64,000 bases of DNA, from contig CAZYSM010000007.1 in assembly GCA_964649975.1 (NCBI GenBank), positions 1,042 to 65,041 on the forward strand. The letters run 5' to 3'. Position numbers and translations under genes: made by a program. Below are positions 16,332 to 26,010 of the stretch, piece by piece. A model generated the notes under the pieces. It worked only from the letters and a program-made list of their open reading frames with translations, made no database searches and was not told the DNA's origin. The first letter of the stretch is position 1, and each line of letters begins with the position of its first letter. The DNA comes from an uncultured Bacteroidales bacterium. GTDB lineage: Bacteria; Bacteroidota; Bacteroidia; Bacteroidales; S143-33.

Positions 16332-17279
16332 ATGTACGAAAAGAAAATTCAATTAGGAGATATTAATCCGACAGATTTTTTTGGTATCAATGACTTGAAT
16401 ATCAATCTTATAAGGAATTACTTTCCCAAAATACGCATAGTTGCCCGCGGTACCAGCGTTAAAGTAATTGGCGACCAGGAGGAAATTATGCTTTTTGAGC
16501 AAAAACTCAAGCTTTTATTGGATTTTTATAATAAATTTCACAGGCTTACTATTGCAGATATTGAAGAACTGCTCAGTAGTGATGCCCTGGCTATTGACGA
16601 AATGGAAGCCATTGACCAGGCTGGAGTATTGGTTTATGGCGTTAATGGTAAACCTATTAAGCCAAAGACCATTCATCAGAAGGAACTGGTAAAGGCTTTT
16701 GCAAAAAATGACCTGGTCTTTGCCATAGGGCCTGCCGGTACCGGAAAAACATATATTGCTATTGCTCTGGCTTTACGTGCTTTGCGCGACCATGTGGCAC
16801 AGCGTATTATCCTGAGCCGCCCGGCTGTGGAAGCTGGTGAAAAACTGGGTTTTTTGCCCGGTGATTACAAGGATAAATTAGACCCTTATTTGCAGGCACT
16901 TTACGATGCACTGTATGATATGCTGCCAGCACGCAAGCTGGAAATGCTCATGGAAGAGCGTGTCATTCAGATTGCACCTCTGGCATATATGCGTGGCCGT
17001 ACCCTCAGCAATGCTGTGGTTATCCTGGACGAGGCACAAAATGCAACCAAAGGACAGCTTAAAATGTTCCTTACCAGGATGGGACAGGGATCTAAGTTCA
17101 TCGTTACTGGTGATATTACTCAGATAGATTTGCCTGATAAAACACAGTCGGGGCTGAAACATGCTTATGACCGTTTGCGTGAGGTCAGTGGCATTTCTTT
17201 TGTAATATTTGACCAGCGCGACGTGGTACGGCATCCTCTGGTGAAAAAGATAATTGCATTATACGATGATGAGGAATAA
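16332..17279 (+). CDS. phoH: PhoH-family ATPase
   Basis: Motifs GPAGTGKTYIAIALALRAL, ILSRPAVEAGEKLGFLPGD, VILDEAQN, GDITQIDLP. Confidence 0.9.
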   Translation: MYEKKIQLGDINPTDFFGINDLNINLIRNYFPKIRIVARGTSVKVIGDQEEIMLFEQKLKLLLDFYNKFHRLTIADIEELLSSDALAIDEMEAIDQAGVLVYGVNGKPIKPKTIHQKELVKAFAKNDLVFAIGPAGTGKTYIAIALALRALRDHVAQRIILSRPAVEAGEKLGFLPGDYKDKLDPYLQALYDALYDMLPARKLEMLMEERVIQIAPLAYMRGRTLSNAVVILDEAQNATKGQLKMFLTRMGQGSKFIVTGDITQIDLPDKTQSGLKHAYDRLREVSGISFVIFDQRDVVRHPLVKKIIALYDDEE

Positions 17280-18108
17280 ACTTTTGTCTTGGTTCTTTTT
17301 ATTGCTTTCTGTGATTGTATGGGCGCAGCCCGATTCCTCCTTTGTCTTTGTCAGAGGCGGTACTTTCCGCATGGGGGCTAATGACGGTCAGCAGGATGAG
17401 AGACCACGGCATCGTGTACGTGTTTCGGATTTTTATGTATCACGTACAGAAATTACCTATGCGCAGTTTGTCAAATTCCTGAATGCAAAAGGTAATCAGC
17501 GCCAGGGTAATACTGAATGGATTGATTTATCAGGTAGCTGGCGCAGTTATAAATGCCCGATTTATCAGAAGGACGGAAAGTTTTATGTCCGGCCCGGATA
17601 TGAAAATTATCCTGTGGCTTTTGTGAGCTGGTGGGGAGCAGAGGCCTATGCCGAATGGGTAGGCGGACGCCTTCCTACCGAGGCTGAGTGGGAATATCTT
17701 GCCCAAAAGGCTGATAGCCTTGTTAAAGGCAAAAAAATTTTTACTATAGCCCGCCTCAGGGAAAATTCCGGCTATAAACCCAATCCGGTTGCTACACTTA
17801 ATCCTACTCCGCCAGGGATATATGACTTGTTCGGTAATATGTACGAATGGTGCTACGATTGGTACGATGAGGATTACTATAGAAAAAGTCCAAGACGAAA
17901 TCCGCTGGGCCCGGAAAACGGACAGATGAAAGTTATTAGAGGTGGTTCGTGGGAAACGGCAGCTTCCTCGGTGCGGATTACTAATCGCGCTGCACTTGGC
18001 CCTGATAATAACAATATCACTGTGGGCTTCCGTGTTGTCATTCCTACCAAAAAGTGGAAAAAATTTATTTCTAATACAGCTGTGCAATACGGTCATAAAG
18101 ATTTCTGA
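17266..18108 (+). CDS. secreted formylglycine-generating-enzyme (SUMF1/FGE-sulfatase) family protein
   Basis: I chose the start MMRNKLLSWFFLLLSVIVWAQ (signal peptide); the ORF-track start is 17254. Motifs RGGTFRMG, ERPRHRVRVSDFYVSRTEITYAQF, GNMYEWCYDWY, VIRGGSW. It overlaps the phoH stop by 14 nt. Confidence 0.85.
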   Translation: MMRNKLLSWFFLLLSVIVWAQPDSSFVFVRGGTFRMGANDGQQDERPRHRVRVSDFYVSRTEITYAQFVKFLNAKGNQRQGNTEWIDLSGSWRSYKCPIYQKDGKFYVRPGYENYPVAFVSWWGAEAYAEWVGGRLPTEAEWEYLAQKADSLVKGKKIFTIARLRENSGYKPNPVATLNPTPPGIYDLFGNMYEWCYDWYDEDYYRKSPRRNPLGPENGQMKVIRGGSWETAASSVRITNRAALGPDNNNITVGFRVVIPTKKWKKFISNTAVQYGHKDF

Positions 18109-18145
18109 GTTTAACAATACTTTGCAAATTTTTGCTTTTAGCGGT

Positions 18146-18176
18146 TTTGATTTTCTGTCAGCTTTTTATACTTTTG
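18146..18176 (+). promoter_or_regulatory. candidate Bacteroidota-type promoter (-33 TTTG, -7 TAnnTTTG) for rplY
   Basis: tttg at 18146-18149 and tacttttg at 18169-18176, separated by 19 nt, about 70 nt upstream of the ATG. Confidence 0.4.
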
Positions 18177-18247
18177 CACGGCAAAACGGGTGATGGGAAC
18201 CGTGCCTTATGGTAGCGGTTTGAGTAGCCCACAAAAATTAAGTTGCT

Positions 18248-18832
18248 ATGAAAACAATTGACCTGAAAGTTTTTAAAAGGGAAGGTAAAGGTAAGTCTTA
18301 TGCTCGTAAGCTGCGCCGTGAAGGAAAAGTGCCTTGCGTTATTTATGGCGATGGCGAAATTATCCACGGCTATGTTATTGAAAAAGATCTCAAAGATTTA
18401 ATTTACACACCTGAGGTTTTTCTGATTAATGTTGACCTGGAAGGAGAAAAGATGCAGGCTATCCTCAAGGATGCTCAATTCCATCCTGTGACCGACAGAG
18501 TATTGCACATTGATTTAATGAAAGTTACCGAAGACAAACCTGTACGTGTTTACATGCCTGTTAAGCTGGTTGGTTTTGCAAAAGGTGTACAGGCCGGTGG
18601 TCAGCTTTATCAGCTTATGCGTTATATTAAGGTTAAGGGGCTGGTTAAGGATATTCCTGCTCATCTGGAGGTTGATGTTACTAACCTTGGCCTTGGTAAG
18701 TCTCTTAAGATTTCCGAGTTGCACTTTGATAACCTTGAAATAATGGAGCCGCCGAGCTCTGTTGTTGCCCTTGTAAAACTTACTCGTGCTGCTATCAGCC
18801 GTATGCAGGAAGAAGCAAAACAGAGCAAATAA
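18248..18832 (+). CDS. rplY: 50S ribosomal protein L25 (Ctc form)
   Basis: N-terminus [24 protein letters not shown] and a two-domain length of 194 aa. Confidence 0.9.
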   Translation: MKTIDLKVFKREGKGKSYARKLRREGKVPCVIYGDGEIIHGYVIEKDLKDLIYTPEVFLINVDLEGEKMQAILKDAQFHPVTDRVLHIDLMKVTEDKPVRVYMPVKLVGFAKGVQAGGQLYQLMRYIKVKGLVKDIPAHLEVDVTNLGLGKSLKISELHFDNLEIMEPPSSVVALVKLTRAAISRMQEEAKQSK

Positions 18833-18862
18833 ATCCTTGGTGTTTTCGCCTATGGAAAGAGA

Positions 18863-18896
18863 GAGGATGTCCGGCAGGGCATCCTCTTTTTTTATT
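18863..18896 (+). terminator. rho-independent terminator after rplY
   Basis: Stem gaggatg (18863-18869) / catcctc (18880-18886) followed by a T-run. Confidence 0.75.
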
Positions 18897-18954
18897 TTTC
18901 AGGAATCGTCAAAAAATATTAAATTGCACGTCAGTTTTACAAAAATCTGGGAAT

Positions 18955-20679
18955 ATGATGCAGCAAATTAATGATTTCCTGATTAATCTGGATAAGTATC
19001 TTGGTAGCTCTCCATGGTTTGTGTATTTACTTCTGGGTACTGGTATTTTCTTTACTATCTATCTAAAATTTCCGCAAATACGTTATTTCAAACATGCTAT
19101 CCGTATTGTTTCCGGAAAGTATGATAAAGAAACTGACAAAGGGGATACATCGCATTTTCAGGCTTTGTCAACCGCATTATCTGGTACAGTGGGCACGGGT
19201 AATATTGCCGGGGTGGCTCTGGCTATCCATCTCGGAGGACCTGCTGCTCTTTTCTGGATGTTACTAACAGCAGCTATAGGTATGACTACAAAGTTTGTAG
19301 AAGTTACTCTTTCCCATAAATATCGTGATTTCTTACCTGATGGAACGGTCTCTGGTGGCCCAATGTATTATATGCGTAAACGCTTGAATATAAGGACTAA
19401 AAACGGAAAACTAATTAAAACAGGATATTTCCTTGGGGCGCTTTTTGCACTGGCTACAGTACTATCATCTTTTGGTTCGGGGAATATGCCTCAGATTAAC
19501 AGTATAGCAAATGCAATGTGGGCTACTTTTAAGGTACCGCAGATATGGACTGGCGTGGTCTTATCTATACTTCTTGCTTTGGTGATTATCGGTGGAATAA
19601 AACGTATTGCCAAGGTTACTGAAAAGCTTGTGCCCGGAATGGCTCTTTTATATTTTATAGGTGTGCTGGCTGTGCTTATCACAAATTATAAAAATTTGCC
19701 TTTTGCTTTTTATTCAATTTTCCATGATGTTTTTACGGGGACAGCTGCTATGGGTGGTTTCCTGGGGGCAAGTGTAGCTTTTGCTTTTAACCGTGGTGTC
19801 AACCGTGGATTGTTTTCCAATGAAGCAGGACAGGGTTCGGCGCCTATTGCTCATGCTGCTGCCCGTGCCCATGAGCCAGTATCCGAGGGTATGGTTGCCC
19901 TGCTTGAGCCTTTTATTGATACTATTATCATTTGTTTCCTCACAGGAATGGCAGTTTTGGCTTCAGGAGTATGGACACAGAAATTTGAAACTAAGTTCCA
20001 GACAGCTGATATAATTGTTCTAAACCGTATTTATAATGAGAAAAACAGACAGGATGTGAAAATCCTCTCCGAAGCCTTTAACCGTAAGCGTCCTATGCCA
20101 GTATATAATGGTACACTGGAAGTTAAAGAGGGAAAAATCATTACTCCGGTTTCTGTGATACATGCACGTTCCCTGGCAGAAAATGTCCGGGTGTTGGAAC
20201 ATGGAAAACCTTATACCGGTAAAATTCCTGTATATCAAGGACAGGTGAAACTTCCCGAAGGTATGGAAATGCGCGGAAAATCATTGCTGCATTCTGCTCC
20301 TCTTACTGCCGAAGCCTTTAAGCGTAGCTTATTCGGTAATTGGGGACAATATATCATTTCAATAGGCCTGTTGCTTTTCGCCTTTTCCACTGCTATTTCC
20401 TGGTCTTACTACGGAGACAGGGCCATTACTTATCTGATAGGACCAAAATGGGTTATGCCTTACAGAATTTTATATACTGCTGCCTTCTTTATAGCTTCTT
20501 TTACCGACACAACTATTATCTGGAACCTCTCAGCTATTACAATCGTACTTATGGCTATACCAAACTTATTTGGCCTCTTAATCTTGCACCGTGAGGTTAA
20601 GCAGACTATTAAAGATTACTGGAAAATATTCCGTAAAGAATTTCCTGAGGAAAAGATTGAAATTAAAGGTGAATATTAA
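18955..20679 (+). CDS. alanine/glycine:cation symporter (AGCS) family transporter, long form
   Basis: Motifs [67 protein letters not shown]. Confidence 0.9.
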   Translation: MMQQINDFLINLDKYLGSSPWFVYLLLGTGIFFTIYLKFPQIRYFKHAIRIVSGKYDKETDKGDTSHFQALSTALSGTVGTGNIAGVALAIHLGGPAALFWMLLTAAIGMTTKFVEVTLSHKYRDFLPDGTVSGGPMYYMRKRLNIRTKNGKLIKTGYFLGALFALATVLSSFGSGNMPQINSIANAMWATFKVPQIWTGVVLSILLALVIIGGIKRIAKVTEKLVPGMALLYFIGVLAVLITNYKNLPFAFYSIFHDVFTGTAAMGGFLGASVAFAFNRGVNRGLFSNEAGQGSAPIAHAAARAHEPVSEGMVALLEPFIDTIIICFLTGMAVLASGVWTQKFETKFQTADIIVLNRIYNEKNRQDVKILSEAFNRKRPMPVYNGTLEVKEGKIITPVSVIHARSLAENVRVLEHGKPYTGKIPVYQGQVKLPEGMEMRGKSLLHSAPLTAEAFKRSLFGNWGQYIISIGLLLFAFSTAISWSYYGDRAITYLIGPKWVMPYRILYTAAFFIASFTDTTIIWNLSAITIVLMAIPNLFGLLILHREVKQTIKDYWKIFRKEFPEEKIEIKGEY

Positions 20680-20756
20680 TTAAATTTTTTTGATTTATGC
20701 TAAGGAAAATCTTTTCTTTCTTTGTAAAGAAAAACAAGGAACATATACCGGGTCAG

Positions 20757-21320
20757 ATGAAATATCTTATTGTTGGATTGGGAAATATAGGGCAGGAATA
20801 CGTGATGACAAGACATAATCTCGGTTTTCAGGTGCTGGATTATTATGCCCAGAAAAATGATTTGACTTTTGAGACAAAACGTTATGGTGATTTGGCAGTC
20901 AGACGACTGCATGGACGCCAGCTATTCCTGCTTAAGCCTTCTACTTATATGAACCTCTCGGGCAAGGCTGTGCGTTATTGGCTGGAAAAAGAAAAAATCC
21001 CAGTGGAAAATCTTCTGGTTATTGTAGATGATGTTAACCTGCCGCTTGGTACTATACGTATCCGTGCAAAAGGTTCTCACGGAGGACATAACGGATTGAG
21101 AAATATTTGCGACCTTCTGGGACATTGCAATTATGCCCGTCTGCGCTTTGGCATTGGTAATGATTTTCCGCGTGGGGGCCAGGTGGATTATGTCCTGGGT
21201 GAATGGACACCAGAACAGTGGCAGACAGTCAAGGAACGTATCCCAATTGCAGCCGAGGCCATTGATGATTTTGTTCTGCAAGGCATTAACCGTACAATGA
21301 CCAGGTATAATTCAAAATAA
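20757..21320 (+). CDS. pth: peptidyl-tRNA hydrolase
   Basis: I chose the start at MKYLIVGLGNIGQEYVMTRHNLGF, the canonical Pth N-terminus; the ORF-track start at 20697 would add 20 aa. Also GSHGGHNGLRN. Confidence 0.9.
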   Translation: MKYLIVGLGNIGQEYVMTRHNLGFQVLDYYAQKNDLTFETKRYGDLAVRRLHGRQLFLLKPSTYMNLSGKAVRYWLEKEKIPVENLLVIVDDVNLPLGTIRIRAKGSHGGHNGLRNICDLLGHCNYARLRFGIGNDFPRGGQVDYVLGEWTPEQWQTVKERIPIAAEAIDDFVLQGINRTMTRYNSK

Positions 21321-21327
21321 GTTTCCT

Positions 21328-22512
21328 ATGAATGAACGAAATATTTTTCTCAAACATGTAGGGCAGACCACACGTAAGCCCTTGTTGCTGCATATTGACC
21401 GTGCAGAAAATATCTACCTGTACGATACCAACGGAAAACGATATATTGACCTGTGCGCAGGTGTATCGGTCAGCAACCTCGGACATAAGCATCCACGCGT
21501 GGTGGAAGCTGTAAAAAAACAGATAGATCGTTATATGCATCTGATGGTTTATGGAGAATTTATTGAAAGTCCGCAGGTGCGTTATGCCAAGCTTCTGGTG
21601 GATAATCTGCCAGCCTCTCTCAATTCGGTTTACTTTGTCAATTCAGGCAGTGAGGCTATTGAAGGTGCTATTAAGCTGGCCAAGCGTTATACAGGCCGTT
21701 CGGAAATAGTCTCTTTCTGGAACGCCTACCACGGAAGCACTCATGGTGCTTTAAGCATCCTTGGTGATACGGATTTCACACGGGCTTTCCGTCCTTTGTT
21801 ACCTGATATACGGCGTTTACATTTTGGAAACATGGATGAACTACAGCAAATTACCGATAGGACGGCTGCCGTAGTAGTGGAACCCGTCCAGGCCGAGGCC
21901 GGAGTGGTTGTTCCTTCACCGGAATATATGAAACGTCTGCGTGAACGTTGCTCTGAGGTTGGTTGTCTGCTGATTTTTGACGAGGTACAGACCGGATTTG
22001 GTCGCACCGGACGTCTTTTTGCCTTTGAGCATTTTGATGTGGTACCAGACATTCTGGTTATTGCCAAGGCTGCCGGCGGTGGTATGCCTCTTGGTGCTTT
22101 TATCTCTGATAAGGCTATTATGGATACTCTGGCCTATAAACCGGCTCTGGGACATATTACCACTTTCGGAGGTCATCCAGTTTCCTGTGCCGCAGGTATG
22201 GAAGCACTGAAAGTTATCCTGGAGGAAAATATTATTGCGGATGTGCAACGTAAAGGTCAGATGTTCATTGATTTACTAAAAGACCATCCTAAAATAAAAG
22301 ACATCCACGGAATAGGTTTGATCATTGCCGTCAAGCTTGAAAGTGAGGATTACCTTACTCGTTTTATGGACCGTCTGGTGGATAACGGGCTGGTAACTGA
22401 TGTTTTCCTATTTGCAAGGGATAGTTTTCGGATAGGCCCACCCCTGATAATTACCGATGAACAGATTAAAGAAATTGTCACGCTGATTAGGAAAACTCTG
22501 GATGAGGTTTAA
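21328..22512 (+). CDS. class-III (acetylornithine/GABA-type) PLP aminotransferase, specificity unknown
   Basis: Motifs NSGSEAIEGAIKLAKRY, IFDEVQTGFGRTG, VIAKAAGGGMPLGAF. Confidence 0.85.
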   Translation: MNERNIFLKHVGQTTRKPLLLHIDRAENIYLYDTNGKRYIDLCAGVSVSNLGHKHPRVVEAVKKQIDRYMHLMVYGEFIESPQVRYAKLLVDNLPASLNSVYFVNSGSEAIEGAIKLAKRYTGRSEIVSFWNAYHGSTHGALSILGDTDFTRAFRPLLPDIRRLHFGNMDELQQITDRTAAVVVEPVQAEAGVVVPSPEYMKRLRERCSEVGCLLIFDEVQTGFGRTGRLFAFEHFDVVPDILVIAKAAGGGMPLGAFISDKAIMDTLAYKPALGHITTFGGHPVSCAAGMEALKVILEENIIADVQRKGQMFIDLLKDHPKIKDIHGIGLIIAVKLESEDYLTRFMDRLVDNGLVTDVFLFARDSFRIGPPLIITDEQIKEIVTLIRKTLDEV

Positions 22513-22566
22513 TGCTAATGCAGAATACAAAAAAGGCTTCCTTGGGCATAAAGCCCCTGGAAGCCT

Positions 22567-23394
22567 TTATTCCAAGTTAACAAACTTATTCCTCGTTTTA
22601 TATACAGCTGTTTTTAGCATTTCAATGTCTTTGGTGGAAAAGACAGGTGTGTCGTTTTCATATTTTACTTTGCGCAGAATAGCATCAATAGGGCGTATTT
22701 CTTCCAGTACTTCTCTGGCCATATCTGATAATTGGGCATGTTTGTCCAGGAGGTTGACCAGTTGCTGGGAAGCGAATTTTTGTTCAGCTACTTTTGTATA
22801 TATAATTTGCGGGTCAGAAGCTTTTTCCGCAGATTTGAGAGCCAGAAACAGCCCTTCTACAAAAGAACCTGCCAGTACCACAGATGCAACATCGCTTTTA
22901 CCACGGTCAACCAGGTAGGAATAAGTTTTATAATAACTTTCCGTGGCAATTTTATAAAGAGAATCCGGGTTGTTTATATTTTCGTCAATCCTTGTCAGGA
23001 AATCATCTGTAAAGAGTAAATTAAGACCCAGCTCATCAGCCAGATATTTTATGGCATTGAAATATTCTTTTACAATCAATGATTGGTTAAAAACGTTAGC
23101 GTAGCTGAGGTCTGTTCCGTAAATGCCCATATTAAGGGCCTGGGCTTTGGTAGTTAGATAATCTTTATCTTTCTCGGTGCTGTTGAGTAAGTTTTTATCA
23201 AAACTGACTTTTGCCTTGGTGATAATTTCCGTGACCTCATAAGGAGTGGGTAGTGGAAAAACTTTTAGTTCTGGTTTTTCTTCGTTAATAGTGGGATGGA
23301 CAGTTTTTTCGGGTTGTTTTTTTTCTTTTTTGCAGGAAAAAGTAAAAATCAGGGTTAAAGAAAAAAGAATTATTAAAGCGAGTTTGAATCTCAT
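22567..23394 (-). CDS. hypothetical helical lipoprotein
   Basis: Signal plus lipobox LIFTFSC. I recognise no family. Confidence 0.6.
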   Translation of the reverse strand: MRFKLALIILFSLTLIFTFSCKKEKKQPEKTVHPTINEEKPELKVFPLPTPYEVTEIITKAKVSFDKNLLNSTEKDKDYLTTKAQALNMGIYGTDLSYANVFNQSLIVKEYFNAIKYLADELGLNLLFTDDFLTRIDENINNPDSLYKIATESYYKTYSYLVDRGKSDVASVVLAGSFVEGLFLALKSAEKASDPQIIYTKVAEQKFASQQLVNLLDKHAQLSDMAREVLEEIRPIDAILRKVKYENDTPVFSTKDIEMLKTAVYKTRNKFVNLE

Positions 23395-23450
23395 TTTAAG
23401 CTTTTTAGAAGTTTCTTATAACAAATTTATAAAAAAAATACAATTGATTT

Positions 23451-24203
23451 TTACAAACTTTGATTTAATTGAGGATACTTTTTGAAGAAACTTCTTAATT
23501 TCATAGACAAAACGCCCCAGAAAGCTTCATTAAATATTCCTCCGCTCATTTTGGAATGACCTTTTTGCCTGTCGGTGAATATTATCGGGACTTCTATGAT
23601 TTTTGCGCCCATTTTCCATGCGGTAAATTTCATTTCTATCTGGAAGGCATAGCCTTTAAATCTTATTTTGTCCATATCTATTGCTTGCAGTAATCTGCGA
23701 CGGTAACATTTGAAACCAGCAGTGGTATCCATGATTTTCATACCTGTAATAAAACGAACATAAGCCGAGGCATAGTAAGACATTATAATTCTGCCTATTG
23801 GCCAGTTAATTACATTTACACCATTGACATACCTTGATCCAATGGCCATATCTGCTTTTTCTTTCTCACAGGCCTGGAGTAAACGTGGTAAGTCATTGGG
23901 ATCATGTGAGAAATCAGCATCCATCTCAAAGATATATTCATAATCTCGCTCCAGAGCCCATTTAAACCCTGTGATATAAGCCGTACCCAATCCGAGCTTG
24001 CCAGGCCGCTTGATTAAATGAAGACGCTGGGGATATTTTTCTTTTTGTAGTTCTTCAACTATTTGTGCGGTACCGTCTGGTGAATTGTCGTCAATGATAA
24101 GAACTTCAAAATTTTCTGGCTGGTCAAGGACTGCCGGAATAATCTCTGAAATGTTTTCCTTTTCGTTGTATGTAGGTATGATGACGAGTTTTTTTTCTTC
24201 CAT
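23451..24203 (-). CDS. GT2 polyprenol-phosphate mannosyl/glycosyltransferase (Dpm1-like)
   Basis: Motifs VIIPTYNEKENI, IIDDNSPDGT, EMDADFSHDP. Confidence 0.85.
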   Translation of the reverse strand: MEEKKLVIIPTYNEKENISEIIPAVLDQPENFEVLIIDDNSPDGTAQIVEELQKEKYPQRLHLIKRPGKLGLGTAYITGFKWALERDYEYIFEMDADFSHDPNDLPRLLQACEKEKADMAIGSRYVNGVNVINWPIGRIIMSYYASAYVRFITGMKIMDTTAGFKCYRRRLLQAIDMDKIRFKGYAFQIEMKFTAWKMGAKIIEVPIIFTDRQKGHSKMSGGIFNEAFWGVLSMKLRSFFKKYPQLNQSL

Positions 24204-24205
24204 AG

Positions 24206-25225
24206 CTATTTGTTATTTGTAAGTTGCGAAAAATATCTGTGTTTTTTTACATAATATTGCCAGATAATACTTTTGCGGATAATTTCCTTGTAGTCAAATT
24301 TATTATTTTTTTTCAGTGCTGCACGCTTTTTTAACATTTTTGAAAGATTCTTATAAAAATTACAATGGGCTTTTATTACCTGAAAGAAGCCTGCTTTGGG
24401 ACGTGTCAATAAGAAGTTGAACGCAGCAATACCGTCAAGTATCATCCGCCATAGGATTAGCCAGAAAGCTTTGCTTCCGGGCATGTTTTTTACTATGGTA
24501 TAAAGGCTGTTGCGGAAGTTGAAAAAAATTTTCCTCGGATTATGATAGTTGAGTGTACCTCCACCAAGATGATAGACTTTTACCTGCGGAAAAACATATA
24601 TCTCTTTCCCAAGGTTTTTCAGCCGCCAGCACAGGTCAATTTCTTCCATATGAGCAAAGAAATCTTCGTCAAAGCCGCCTGCTTCAAAAAAGTCTTTTGC
24701 ACGGATGAACATTGCTGCGCCAGAGGCCCAGAAAATAGGTACTATATCGTCATACTGTCCATTGTCCTTTTCCGTCACGTCCAGGATGCGGCCACGAGCC
24801 AGAGGATAAGCCCATTTATCCAGAAAACCACCACTGGCTCCGGCATATTCAAAAGTGTCTTTTTGTTGGTAAGAAAGAATTTTTGGCTGTACTGCTGCTA
24901 TGTCAGGATTATTTTCCATAAATTCAATGATGGGATCTATCCAGTTTGGCGTGACTTCTACATCTGTATTTAACAAAACAAAATAATCTGCGGTGATTTG
25001 TTTCAGTCCGCGGTTATAACCACCGGCAAAGCCGTAATTATTTTCCAGTTGTACAATTTTTACCTGCGGAAAATTCTTCCTGACGTAGTCCAGGGATTTA
25101 TCAGTAGAGTTGTTATCAATGATGTAAATATCAGCGTCGTGGGTGTTTGCTATCACGGATGGCAGAAAGGTCGGCAGGATTTTCTCTCCATTCCAGTTAA
25201 GCAGAGCCACAGCGGTCTTAGCCAT
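24206..25225 (-). CDS. GT2-family glycosyltransferase
   Basis: Motifs ALLNWNG, IYIIDNNSTD, YGFAGGYN, LLNTDVEV, and FFAHMEEIDLCWR typical of rhamnosyltransferase-like GT2 enzymes. Confidence 0.8.
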   Translation of the reverse strand: MAKTAVALLNWNGEKILPTFLPSVIANTHDADIYIIDNNSTDKSLDYVRKNFPQVKIVQLENNYGFAGGYNRGLKQITADYFVLLNTDVEVTPNWIDPIIEFMENNPDIAAVQPKILSYQQKDTFEYAGASGGFLDKWAYPLARGRILDVTEKDNGQYDDIVPIFWASGAAMFIRAKDFFEAGGFDEDFFAHMEEIDLCWRLKNLGKEIYVFPQVKVYHLGGGTLNYHNPRKIFFNFRNSLYTIVKNMPGSKAFWLILWRMILDGIAAFNFLLTRPKAGFFQVIKAHCNFYKNLSKMLKKRAALKKNNKFDYKEIIRKSIIWQYYVKKHRYFSQLTNNK

Positions 25226-26006
25226 ACATTATCTTTTTAATAGTTTCTACAAGCTTTGCAAATACGTATGGATTTGATGCAATAATTTCTTTACCAAATA
25301 ACCAGTTATTTCCACCGCGGAAATCTGCAACTTTTCCGCCGGCTTGCTCTACAATAAAAGCACCCGCTGCAACATCCCACGGACTGAGGCTATATTCAAA
25401 GAAACCGTCAAAACGTCCGCAGGCTACATATACCAGGTCGGTAGCAGCAGATCCCAGACGGCGTAATCCGTGGCTGGTCTGCATAAAATGTTTTAATAGG
25501 TCCATATAACGATCCAGACGACTGTAGTCATAGAATGGAAATCCGGTTGCCAGCAGGGTCTCGTCTATGTCAGAGGTTTTTGTTACAGATATTTTTTCGC
25601 CATTGAGAAAAGCTCCTCCTCCTTGATAGGCATAAAAAGCTTCGTCTGCGCCTATTTCATATACCACGCCCAGGACGGTTTGTCCTTTTTCCTGTAGTGC
25701 TATACTAACAGCAACAGGCATTAATCCGTGGATAAAGTTTGTAGTACCATCCAGGGGGTCAACTATCCAGTTGAAGTTTTCCGACTGACGTGTTTCTGTT
25801 TGTTCTTCGGCTATAAAGCCACTATCAGGAATAAGTTTCTGTAATTCCGAAATGATAAATTTTTCGGAATTTTTATCTATTTCCGTGACATAATTATGTA
25901 CTCCTTTGCTTTCAATTTTATGGATTGATTTACGGTTATTGCGGATATATTGTCCTGCTTCGCGAGCAATATCTACAACTTGCTTGGTTAATTCTTTGTA
26001 ATTCAT
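25218..26006 (-). CDS. inositol monophosphatase family protein
   Basis: I chose the start at MNYKELT; the ORF-track start is 26033. Motifs WIVDPLDGTTNF and GSAATDLVYVACGRFDGFFE. Confidence 0.85.
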   Translation of the reverse strand: MNYKELTKQVVDIAREAGQYIRNNRKSIHKIESKGVHNYVTEIDKNSEKFIISELQKLIPDSGFIAEEQTETRQSENFNWIVDPLDGTTNFIHGLMPVAVSIALQEKGQTVLGVVYEIGADEAFYAYQGGGAFLNGEKISVTKTSDIDETLLATGFPFYDYSRLDRYMDLLKHFMQTSHGLRRLGSAATDLVYVACGRFDGFFEYSLSPWDVAAGAFIVEQAGGKVADFRGGNNWLFGKEIIASNPYVFAKLVETIKKIMYG

Positions 26007-26010
26007 AGCT

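Noticed and set aside
18177-18247. A hairpin (gcacgg...ccgtgc, 18176-18205) in the rplY 5' leader as a possible ribosomal-protein autoregulatory element.
   Set aside because: It has only a 6-bp stem with an 18-nt loop, and I know of no L25 leader motif to compare it with. It is not distinguishable from chance without comparative data.
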